This document shows, one piece after another, positions 48,566-57,228 of a DNA stretch of 64,000 nt. The DNA comes from an uncultured Candidatus Saccharibacteria bacterium (GTDB lineage: Bacteria; Patescibacteriota; Minisyncoccia; Phycocordibacterales; UBA9973). The position numbers and the translations under genes were made by a program. The stretch covers positions 341,621 to 405,620 of the forward strand of contig CAZYIA010000001.1 in the NCBI GenBank assembly GCA_964646765.1, read 5' to 3'. The notes below the pieces were generated by a model. The model saw nothing but the letters and a program-made list of their open reading frames with translations, made no database searches and was not told the origin of the DNA. How positions within the stretch are numbered: position 1 is the first letter of the stretch; each line of letters starts with the position of its first letter.

Positions 48566-51214
48566 TTATAATAATTCTTTTTCAAAAGTTTCTCCAAAAA
48601 GATTTTCATCTCCATTGTTGTAAAAAGGCATACCCCAGACAGTGTATTTTCTATCCTCCCAAAGCTGTTCAATTTTATGTTCTTTTTTAAGGGATACCAA
48701 GAAGTTTTGCTTCCAAGCATCTGCTTGTTTTAAGTGATTTCCTTTTGGTTCTACAAACACCTGATAGTGAAGACTCTTTGGTTTTGCTTTTTGATATAGG
48801 AATAGTACGAAATCCGGTTCCAGTGGTCTTCCATCATCAAAGTTATAGAGTTTGAAAAATCTTTCGTTACGAACCAAGTAAACTTCATCATATTTTTCAC
48901 GAAGTTGGTTATAGATTTTATCTATATATTTTATGAAATACTTTTCTTCTGAAGTACCAAAGCAGTCATTGAATACATACCAAGATTTATTACTGAGGTC
49001 CAAATAAATACTAGTTTCCTGAGCATTATTAATTGATTTACCAAACTCCTTATCCTCACTTTCATTTTCAGCAAAATTAAGGACCTTTTCTGAAATTTTA
49101 TCCTTAATCATATAAGGTTTAAATTCCTTGCTTCCTTTATACTCTAGTTTTTCACTAGATACGCTCTTAGAAACCTGTTCTAGAACCTGTAAAACAGCGT
49201 CTAGGACATCATCAGGGCTTAAGGCTTCTAGTTGGCTAGATAAGCCTGAAATAGTCATCTTAAGGCTTCCTAGGTAGTTTTTATCAGTTATAAACTCATC
49301 TAAACTCTCAAGGTTCGGGAAATAAGTTTTAAGGTTTGAGAATGAGTAAAACTCAAGCTTATAGATAGCTTTTTTAACTACTGTTTTATTAAAATCTTTG
49401 ATAGAAAAATCTTTCTCCGCCTTGTTTACGCCTTTCTTTGTTTGTTCTTCAAATAGTCCGCTAGAGAGGTTAAATCCGGTTCTAAGAGAAACTCGGTAGA
49501 GAGTGTCTCTTACTGAAGACGGTAATCCGAAAACATCTTCTCTGGTATATTTTTGTTGTTCATTTAAGAAAAGCATACCGGATTTATAGAATTTACTTTC
49601 TTTAAAATCATCTTTAATTTTAAAATCTCTTTTGACTGTCTTATCAGCAACAATACCGGTTTTTACTAGAGCAGAATTAAGCTCTTGAATGTATTTGGGG
49701 TTATAAGTACTGTGATAGTAAAGCTCCTCACAAATTCTCATTTCATTTGTTACATCTCCGTCAAATTTTCTCTTTGATGCTTGGTCAGTCTCATTAAGTT
49801 TAAATGGACAGTATCTAGCACCACGCCCAATAAGTTGAGCTTCTTTTATAGTTGTTTCTCCTGGTTTATTGTTTTTTGCATCACGAGTATCATAAAGACG
49901 AACAATATCAAAAAGATTAAGGACATCCCAACCCTCATTAAGTTTATCTACAGCGAAAACAGCTCTATACTCATTGTTGGGAGCTTCTAGGGTATTAATA
50001 GCTAATTGTTTCTCTTCACTTTCTTCCTTACTGTTTACTGAGATAGTTTTTTCAGCGGAAAAATCTTCCTTTAGTTCAGCTACTAAGTTCTCAAGTGTAA
50101 TTTTCTGAGTATCAAAATACTCAAACATTTTAACTAGGACCTCGTCTTTTGCATTAGCTTTAATACTACTTAATTTTTTAACAGTAAGTGCTTCTATTCC
50201 CTTAATAAACTCTTCTTGAAAGTCTTTACTATCAGCAATAGTCTTTGATTTGAATAACAGGACCGGTTTAATAACTTGTTTATTTCTCTCAAAAATCTTT
50301 CTACGATACTGACTGAGTAAGATAGCTTGTAATGCACGGTCAAAAAGGTCCGCATCAGCCTGAAGAACTTTTACATCTTTAGAATATCCATCTATACGAA
50401 ACTGCTTCAAAGGATAATCAAATACAAGTCTTTCAGCGTACTTCTTGGCTATGTTTGTATTAGTAAAATCAACAGTAGCGGTAAATTCTAAAAGTACATT
50501 CTGAGGGTTAGCATTAAAAATTCTGTTTACTGTACTTTCCCAAGAGATAATCTCTTCAGCTTCTTCTTTAGACACCTGACCGTTAATAGCCACACCACCA
50601 AACACATCGGTACGGAGACCAGCTTTTGTCTCAACATTTATATGGTGAGCTTCATCAGAAATAAGTACTATTTTCTTATCTTGAAAATCATCATAAGTTA
50701 GACTATTTTCCTGAGGATTTGTGAGTCTTGTATGAAGTCCTTGAATAGTAGAGAAGCAGATATTAATACAGTCATCATTACCGGCTTGGAAATTAGTTAC
50801 TTCTTTGAGAGTTATTTTCTTATCTCCCAAAGAAACATTCTTATTAAAAAGATATTTGATTGATGAGTCGTTGAAAAAATTATCTCGTGTTTTATCTATA
50901 ATATTTGTACTGTTTACGAAAAAGAGAAAGTTTCTATATCCTTGTTCATACAGATAGAGAATAAGACCAGCCATAATAAGTGTCTTACCGCTACCAGTAG
51001 CCATATGGAAAAGGAGTTGAGATTTGGCTGGTTTACCATCAAATTTTTCATTCCAGTAATTTAGGAAATACTGAAAAGCCCTCTCTTGATAAGGTCTAAT
51101 TTCAAAGTTCTGATTGAGGTTTTTAGTTATAAATTCAGGGACTGGAGTAGCTTCTATTCCACGCTTACCAAACTCAGACTCAAGTATTTTGTTTAATGTC
51201 TTAATCTCGTCCAT
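48566..51214 (-). CDS. res: Type III restriction enzyme Res subunit
   Basis: MATGSGKT, DEAHH, EGWDV, QLIGRGAR helicase motifs; EPDF...VEPKG PD-(D/E)xK nuclease. Confidence 0.92.
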   Translation of the reverse strand: MDEIKTLNKILESEFGKRGIEATPVPEFITKNLNQNFEIRPYQERAFQYFLNYWNEKFDGKPAKSQLLFHMATGSGKTLIMAGLILYLYEQGYRNFLFFVNSTNIIDKTRDNFFNDSSIKYLFNKNVSLGDKKITLKEVTNFQAGNDDCINICFSTIQGLHTRLTNPQENSLTYDDFQDKKIVLISDEAHHINVETKAGLRTDVFGGVAINGQVSKEEAEEIISWESTVNRIFNANPQNVLLEFTATVDFTNTNIAKKYAERLVFDYPLKQFRIDGYSKDVKVLQADADLFDRALQAILLSQYRRKIFERNKQVIKPVLLFKSKTIADSKDFQEEFIKGIEALTVKKLSSIKANAKDEVLVKMFEYFDTQKITLENLVAELKEDFSAEKTISVNSKEESEEKQLAINTLEAPNNEYRAVFAVDKLNEGWDVLNLFDIVRLYDTRDAKNNKPGETTIKEAQLIGRGARYCPFKLNETDQASKRKFDGDVTNEMRICEELYYHSTYNPKYIQELNSALVKTGIVADKTVKRDFKIKDDFKESKFYKSGMLFLNEQQKYTREDVFGLPSSVRDTLYRVSLRTGFNLSSGLFEEQTKKGVNKAEKDFSIKDFNKTVVKKAIYKLEFYSFSNLKTYFPNLESLDEFITDKNYLGSLKMTISGLSSQLEALSPDDVLDAVLQVLEQVSKSVSSEKLEYKGSKEFKPYMIKDKISEKVLNFAENESEDKEFGKSINNAQETSIYLDLSNKSWYVFNDCFGTSEEKYFIKYIDKIYNQLREKYDEVYLVRNERFFKLYNFDDGRPLEPDFVLFLYQKAKPKSLHYQVFVEPKGNHLKQADAWKQNFLVSLKKEHKIEQLWEDRKYTVWGMPFYNNGDENLFGETFEKELL

Positions 51215-53099
51215 AGAATTTTTTATTCAAAGCTATGTCTTCTTTAGAGATTTTATATGTCTTATCTTCAATTTCAGAATAAGGTACATAGAGCATATTT
51301 TTGTCTAGGGTAGAGATTAAGAATTTTTGTTGGTCCTCAAATGAAAGACTCTCAAAATCTTTCTTAGTGGCATCAATTTCTTCAGGCTTTACTTTATAAC
51401 TCAAAAAAGCAGTCTTCTTCATTTCATCCCATACCTTAAGAAGTTCTTTTGTGTTTTTTGAGTCTTGGATTTTATCTACAAAAAGCTGGTTAGCTTGTGT
51501 TAGTTCAGCATAAACAAAACTACCTTTCTTTGCCTCTTTTATTACTCTGTATACTCTTTCTCTAGTAACTTTTTCTATGTAGTCCATTTGTTCACAGATA
51601 ATAAATTTTCTATTACCTTTATCTTCATCATTCAAGGCAAGTACAGCGTGTGCTGTTGTACCACTTCCACCAAAAAAGTCTAAAACAATGTCATCATCAG
51701 AAGTCATTATCTTTAAAGTATCAAGAACGGTGTATAAAGATTTTGGATAACTAAATAAATTACCCCCTAAGATTTTTTTGAGTAAGTTTGTGCCATTAAA
51801 TTCAGACTGATATTTTTTGTCTGTCCACACATTCTTATAAACCTGCTGTTCTCTTAGTTTGTGATAAATTACTATTTTATTATTTTCCTCTTTAGCAATG
51901 AAATAATCATCGTGATTTAATTCATCAAATGATTGCTTGATATTTTTCCAAGCCATTTCTTTACCGTTATTGGTAATAGGAAAAATCTCGTGATAACCTG
52001 ATTTCTTTTCAGAAGTTATTGTTTTTAAATCTTTGCTTACATAAATCGGATACCAGTTATTTGGCTTATTTTGTCTAGACCAAACTGTTCTGGCTCTTAG
52101 GAATGGCTCATATCTAAAACTACCATCATCATCACTTTCTGAGAAAGACTCTTTAACAGCCTCATCAATAGCAACTTGGTTAAATTCTGCTTGTTCAACA
52201 TTCTTTGCGTATACAAGCATAAATTCACTATTTGGAGAGAAAAATTTAGAAAGATTTCTACCTTTTGGATTATGTAAGACAGTTACAACTCCCACACGGT
52301 TTTCTCTACCAAAAATTTCATCGGCTAAAGCACCTAAATAAAATAATTCGGCGTGGTCAATGGCAATAGCAATAAATCCATCCTCAGTAATAAAATCTTT
52401 AGCAACTTCAAGCCTATTTTTCATAAAAGTAAGCCAGGTTGAATGTTTAAATGTATTGTTATATGCGAAAGTATCACCATCAGAACCTGTGTTGTATGGC
52501 GGGTCAATATAAACAAGTTTAACTTTTTGCTTATATTTATTTCTTAGAGAATATAGACTTAACAAATTATTTCCCTTAATAATCAAATTATCCTGAAGAC
52601 TTATTTCATTGACTGTTTTTGCTCCTTTTTCATCAAATTTTTTAAAGTTTGTAAGAACTTTTGGTTCAAGAAGTTTATCAATTTCGTCCGGTGCAAGTGT
52701 CTCATTCCAGAATATCTCCTCGCGATTTGCATCTTCCTGATTTTGTCCACCCTCAAGAATAGCGTCTTTATATGGAAAAGCTAAAACAACCTCATCGTTG
52801 TCTGTGAGATATTGCTTATCAGAAGTAAGACCTACTTTATTTTTGTACTCAGTAAAACTATCCGGCAAAAATTGTTTATTAGAAACAAAACTTTGAAATT
52901 TCGCTTTATCAAAAATAAGGACACCATCTACTTCCTGAAAGAAAGTTTTATTTAGGTCCTTTGAGGAACGGAGTATTTTAAGCAAATCAACATCAAGTTG
53001 AAGAGCAAGTTCAATAACTTTGTTTTTAGCAAGTTTACCGTCAATAACAAGACGGTCATCTTTTGAGAGTTTTTCTATAAGTTCTTGGTGTAGCTTCAT
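51201..53099 (-). CDS. mod: Type III R-M adenine methyltransferase Mod subunit
   Basis: YIDPPYNTG, HSTWLTFMKNRL, FSYPKS, LDFFGGSGTT. Confidence 0.93.
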   Translation of the reverse strand: MKLHQELIEKLSKDDRLVIDGKLAKNKVIELALQLDVDLLKILRSSKDLNKTFFQEVDGVLIFDKAKFQSFVSNKQFLPDSFTEYKNKVGLTSDKQYLTDNDEVVLAFPYKDAILEGGQNQEDANREEIFWNETLAPDEIDKLLEPKVLTNFKKFDEKGAKTVNEISLQDNLIIKGNNLLSLYSLRNKYKQKVKLVYIDPPYNTGSDGDTFAYNNTFKHSTWLTFMKNRLEVAKDFITEDGFIAIAIDHAELFYLGALADEIFGRENRVGVVTVLHNPKGRNLSKFFSPNSEFMLVYAKNVEQAEFNQVAIDEAVKESFSESDDDGSFRYEPFLRARTVWSRQNKPNNWYPIYVSKDLKTITSEKKSGYHEIFPITNNGKEMAWKNIKQSFDELNHDDYFIAKEENNKIVIYHKLREQQVYKNVWTDKKYQSEFNGTNLLKKILGGNLFSYPKSLYTVLDTLKIMTSDDDIVLDFFGGSGTTAHAVLALNDEDKGNRKFIICEQMDYIEKVTRERVYRVIKEAKKGSFVYAELTQANQLFVDKIQDSKNTKELLKVWDEMKKTAFLSYKVKPEEIDATKKDFESLSFEDQQKFLISTLDKNMLYVPYSEIEDKTYKISKEDIALNKKFYGRD

Positions 53100-53317
53100 A
53101 TAAAGCATTTTACCAAAAATTCTTTAATTAAGAAAGAAAATTTGCTATACTGAAAAAACAATTTAATAGACGACCTAACCCGATAGGAATTTCCTAGCGA
53201 TATGGTCATAAACACCGCAAAAGTATAAAAACCCCTTAGTCTAGGGTCACTTTTGCGGTCACATTGGGAAACTGGTGTGGGTGGGTAATACCATCGTCCT
53301 GGCTAAGGGATTTTTGT

Positions 53318-53620
53318 ATGGAAAATTCTATGTCAGGCTATAAATCCGCAAAAGTTTTTATGACAAAATATGATATTGGTTTAATGTTGATTATCTTTGC
53401 AATAGGTTTTGATTTAGTTTCTTTAAGAAAAGAGGTTCGTAGATTAAGTATCAAACTTATGAATAAATTAGATAAGCCAACAGAATTAGAAAAGCAAATT
53501 GAAGAGAGAAAAAAGAAACCTTATTTAACAAAAGAGGAATTAGATAAGGTTATGACTCCTGAGGAAAAAGAAATAAGAAAGAAATTATTCGGCAGTGAAT
53601 ATCCAAAAGAAATTGATTAA
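53318..53620 (+). CDS. Small TM plus coiled-coil hypothetical protein (start 53318 or 53360)
   Basis: IGLMLIIFAIGF helix followed by a charged tail. Confidence 0.5.
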   Translation: MENSMSGYKSAKVFMTKYDIGLMLIIFAIGFDLVSLRKEVRRLSIKLMNKLDKPTELEKQIEERKKKPYLTKEELDKVMTPEEKEIRKKLFGSEYPKEID

Positions 53621-53621
53621 A

Positions 53622-54023
53622 TTAGAGGTTGTCTTTAAATTTATTTACAATTCTGTCAGAAAGAACATCATAATCTAATCCTCTAGTGAACATAGGTGGA
53701 AAATCGTAGAGGTCCGAAGTATCAAACCTAGCATTTGAACTCCAATCATTTTTAAACTTCCTTTCAAGTATCCAGGCTGTTGCTTTCCAATCTTTTTCTC
53801 CAGCTTTTTCAATGCGTTTGAGTAGTTTTTGTTTGTACTCAATCATTTTTTGACCCATTTGTTCTGAAAATTCTGAATTGTGTCTTTTCCATAAACAGAT
53901 GGTATCTTCAGAAATACCAGCAAGTAAGGCACAGTCACGCTGTGTCATTCCATTAGCTAAACCATCAAGAATTATTGCAACTCTTTCAGGTGTCATCTTA
54001 TAAGGTTTGTTAGTTTTCGCCAT
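53622..54023 (-). CDS. HTH protein resembling a phage terminase small subunit
   Basis: KMTPERVAIILDGLANGMTQRDCALLAGISEDTICLW HTH; DWKATAWILERKF. Confidence 0.55.
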   Translation of the reverse strand: MAKTNKPYKMTPERVAIILDGLANGMTQRDCALLAGISEDTICLWKRHNSEFSEQMGQKMIEYKQKLLKRIEKAGEKDWKATAWILERKFKNDWSSNARFDTSDLYDFPPMFTRGLDYDVLSDRIVNKFKDNL

Positions 54024-54119
54024 AGCAAATAAGTTTAATTACTTAATAATTGCTATTGCAGTAGCTCTTTACATTATATCAAAAAGTCGTGAAAAATGTT
54101 AAAGTAGACTTACTTTTCA

Positions 54120-55238
54120 ATGCAGAATACAACAGACAACAAAAATATACCTGACATAAACAAAACTCTTGTTGCCCCAAGTGTGGCACTTGTAATTGTT
54201 GGTAAAACTTCATTAAAAAAGAAGCGAAGAAAAAGAAAAAAGGATATAAAAGAGTACTTAAGAAGAAAAGCTGAAAAAGCACTCCGTAGAAAGAGAAGAA
54301 AAAAGTTAAGAGGTAAAAGACAAAGTCTGATACTAACCCCGAAGAAAAAGAACAGTCACACAAAAAAGTCAGTACCTGCTAATTTTTCTTTAGTAAATAA
54401 TACTGAAGAAGTTATTGGGTATTTTAAGGATGTTGGAAAAACTTTTGCTAATAGAGAGCAAGTAGCTTTTGACCTAGAGGGAGTTGAACAACTTTCACCT
54501 GATGCGATTGCTCTTCTTGTTGCAAAGGTTAATGATGTTAATTTTACACGAGGTCTAAATATGATTGGAAACAGTCCTCTAAAAGCGGAAATAAAGAAGA
54601 TATTTGATGACTCTAGATTTCTAGAACACGTGCAAGCCAGATATACTCCTCCACCAAATGAAAGTAATTTATTAATCCACCAAAAAACACAGAAAAAAGT
54701 TCATCCAGAAATTGCTAAACAAGTTGGAGAACTTGCGGTCCGGCATACTTTTAAAGATACAAGAAAGTTTCAGCCAATTTTTAAAATGATGATTGAGTGT
54801 ATGGCAAACACAGACAATCACGCCAACCTAAAATTAGAAGGTTTTTATGACTGGTGGATATTTACTTATTGTGACCCAGATACTAACATAACATCATTTT
54901 CTTTCTTGGACTTGGGTGTAGGTATCTTTAATAGTAATCCTGTTAATAGCTACAAGCAAAAATTTTTGAACACTATTCAATCTGCAACAGGTTTAAATGT
55001 GAGTAATAATTCAAAATTAGTTCCAAAGCTATTCTCTGGAGAAATATATACATCAAGAACTAAGGATAAAACTAGAGGACAAGGACTTCCTAGTCTTAAA
55101 GAATGTGCTGAGAACTCTCATATTAAAAATATGACAATTATCACAAATAATGTTAAAATAAGCTTACCTAGCTTAGTGACAGTTGAATTAAGTAATAAAT
55201 TTAATGGCACTTTTTTGTATTGGGAGTTACACCCTTAA
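54120..55238 (+). CDS. STAS-like plus GHKL (HATPase) kinase fusion with K/R-rich N-terminus
   Basis: FDLEGVEQLSPDAIALL; ECMANTDNHA (N box), DLGVGI (G1), RGQGL (G2), FNGT. Confidence 0.75.
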   Translation: MQNTTDNKNIPDINKTLVAPSVALVIVGKTSLKKKRRKRKKDIKEYLRRKAEKALRRKRRKKLRGKRQSLILTPKKKNSHTKKSVPANFSLVNNTEEVIGYFKDVGKTFANREQVAFDLEGVEQLSPDAIALLVAKVNDVNFTRGLNMIGNSPLKAEIKKIFDDSRFLEHVQARYTPPPNESNLLIHQKTQKKVHPEIAKQVGELAVRHTFKDTRKFQPIFKMMIECMANTDNHANLKLEGFYDWWIFTYCDPDTNITSFSFLDLGVGIFNSNPVNSYKQKFLNTIQSATGLNVSNNSKLVPKLFSGEIYTSRTKDKTRGQGLPSLKECAENSHIKNMTIITNNVKISLPSLVTVELSNKFNGTFLYWELHP

Positions 55239-55243
55239 TTAAT

Positions 55244-55576
55244 ATGGAACAGATTAAAATCATAGTTGCGACAGAATTCTCAGATGCACCTGGTGCAAGG
55301 TTTATTTCCGATGGAGAAAATTCAGGGGAACTTTTCTATAATACTTTACTGAAAGATAGGTTTACTGAGGCAAAAAATGCAAATACCAAACTCCTCATAG
55401 ACCTTGATAATACTTGGGGTTATGCTTCTTCTTTTATATCAGGTGCTTTTGGTAGACTAGCTGATGAATTCGGTAAAAATACTGCAATTAAACATCTTGA
55501 TATTAAATCAGATGATGACCCTACTTTGTTCCAAAAAATAAAAGATGAGATTAACAAGTCTAGTAATAATGCTTAA
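55244..55576 (+). CDS. STAS-like DUF4325 protein
   Basis: PGARFISDGENSGELF, IDLDNTWGYASSFISGAFGRL. Confidence 0.8.
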   Translation: MEQIKIIVATEFSDAPGARFISDGENSGELFYNTLLKDRFTEAKNANTKLLIDLDNTWGYASSFISGAFGRLADEFGKNTAIKHLDIKSDDDPTLFQKIKDEINKSSNNA

Positions 55577-56165
55577 ATCTATTGGTAAACATCTCCATAC
55601 AATCATTATCTGGATACTCATTTTTCTAGGTGGATTTGTTGCTGGAAGAATAGTTAAAGATATTCCATATTTAACTCTTGAAACAAAAGTTGGCATAGGC
55701 GATATTGCAAATTTTGTCATTGCGACTGTGGTTGCTGTGCTTATCCCTGTATCGCTAAGTCCTATTCTTAAAAACAAAAGAGTTATTAAAGACTTTCTTA
55801 TTGATGAGGTAAAAGACTGTATTGATTTCCTAACCTCAATTAAAGCATCTGTAGATGATATGGCTATTAGAGGAAGTAGCGAGGAAAGTGACCGTGTGAA
55901 AATAAATTCAATGATTGCTCAAGACTTAGGAATGAAAATCGGCTCTCTCGCAGAACAGCTTGAGGTATCTTTCAAAAATAAGTGTCCTGAAATCAAAACA
56001 GCTCTTACTGAGAGATATGGCGAATATTGGAGAGAAATGACTGGTGGTGACCTAATGTCACAGAATTTCACATTCAGTCTTGGTTTTCGTGCTACACACG
56101 ATAGAAATTACGCTAAATTACAGGCTTGTCTAAAAAAGACAATACACGAGATAAATAACTTTTAG
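55569..56165 (+). CDS. Two-TM membrane protein with helical C-terminal domain
   Basis: Two hydrophobic segments; overlaps the upstream gene. Confidence 0.7.
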   Translation: MLKSIGKHLHTIIIWILIFLGGFVAGRIVKDIPYLTLETKVGIGDIANFVIATVVAVLIPVSLSPILKNKRVIKDFLIDEVKDCIDFLTSIKASVDDMAIRGSSEESDRVKINSMIAQDLGMKIGSLAEQLEVSFKNKCPEIKTALTERYGEYWREMTGGDLMSQNFTFSLGFRATHDRNYAKLQACLKKTIHEINNF

Positions 56166-56336
56166 TTTATATTTTCCTCTATTATTGCCTTTCGCACTTC
56201 GTCCCAAGTTCGGAGCTCTAATTTGACTAAATATTTTTTCGTGTTAAAGTGCGATTGAGCGCTGTTTTTTGATACATGTTTTATGGTTGCCAGAAGAGGC
56301 AATTCCCTTTTGTGGTAACCATAAAACTATTAGAAG

Positions 56337-56846
56337 ATGAACTTATCAAACCCGATCACCACTGTTGATGCAATGGCAGATTTTATTTGGGATTTCAAAT
56401 TGTTATTAGAAATTGAACTTACGATAACAGAACAAAATCCCCATGAGAAGACAGCGGCTGCTATCCAAACTTTTACTAAGCTACACGAGGAACTTAATGT
56501 TATTTTTTTACCAAAATCTACATCTACTACAGCCGGAGGATTTTTCTTACCTGCAGATATGGAGTTCCCTGCTGAAGCAACTGAAATTCTCTCTCAAATG
56601 CAGAAGACAATTAAAGATGCCGAATTTAAGGGACTAAACGTATTTGCACTTATTAAGAATAAGGGTGTCATGGAAGGATATCAAAGCCCTCCTGGCTGTC
56701 ACCGACACAAGTGCCCAAAATGCAATACCATCTGGGAACACAGCGACTCTCCGTGGCAATTTTGGAAAACTCATAATTGCCCTAACTGCGGCACAAAACA
56801 GTTATATCGATACTTTGGACCAGAACAACCTCATCTGTGGGCGTAA
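56337..56846 (+). CDS. Hypothetical protein with C-terminal zinc ribbon
   Basis: HKCPKC...HNCPNCG. Confidence 0.6.
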   Translation: MNLSNPITTVDAMADFIWDFKLLLEIELTITEQNPHEKTAAAIQTFTKLHEELNVIFLPKSTSTTAGGFFLPADMEFPAEATEILSQMQKTIKDAEFKGLNVFALIKNKGVMEGYQSPPGCHRHKCPKCNTIWEHSDSPWQFWKTHNCPNCGTKQLYRYFGPEQPHLWA

Positions 56847-56915
56847 AGCCAACACTTACCTTACCGGTATGCACCATGTTTATGGAGCATACCGGTTTTT
56901 CTCTGAGAGAGCTGC

Positions 56916-56944
56916 TTGACGTATACCCCCTAGGGGTATACGAT
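56916..56944 (+). promoter_or_regulatory. Promoter with overlapping CsoR operator
   Basis: TTGACG-N17-TACGAT; palindrome CGTATACCCC-CTA-GGGGTATACG, the C/G-tract type known for CsoR. Confidence 0.9.
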
Positions 56945-56951
56945 GTTTCGT

Positions 56952-57227
56952 ATGAAATACATGGAGGAAAAAACAAAAGCGAAATTAATCAAGCAACTTA
57001 AACGCATCGAGGGTCAAGTGCGCGGGCTACAAAAACTTATTGATAATGACACCTATTGTATCGATATCATCACTCAAACTTCTGCCGTGAAGCAGAGTCT
57101 TTCAAGTGTTGAAGATACCCTTCTTGAAAACCACTTAGGTCATTGTGTACACCACCAAATGTCTTCTGGTCAGGTCGGAAAAGCAAAGGAAGAAGTACTC
57201 AAAGTTTATAAACTTAAACGAAAATAA
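56952..57227 (+). CDS. csoR: Copper-sensing repressor CsoR
   Basis: LKRIEGQVRGL, YCIDII, HLGHCV (C-H-C ligands). Confidence 0.93.
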   Translation: MKYMEEKTKAKLIKQLKRIEGQVRGLQKLIDNDTYCIDIITQTSAVKQSLSSVEDTLLENHLGHCVHHQMSSGQVGKAKEEVLKVYKLKRK

Positions 57228-57228
57228 T

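Larger units (their letters stand above)
45284..56216. mobile_element. About 10.9-kb AT-rich serine-recombinase island at the tRNA-Asn 3' end (core CGGAGC)
   Basis: CGGAGC at 45284-45289 and 56211-56216; joining the ends gives an in-frame recombinase tail MLRTWDEVRKAIIEENIN*; visible composition shift. Confidence 0.85.

Noticed and set aside
51201-53099. Phase-variable mod (phasevarion)
   Set aside because: No simple-sequence repeat tract seen in the gene or promoter
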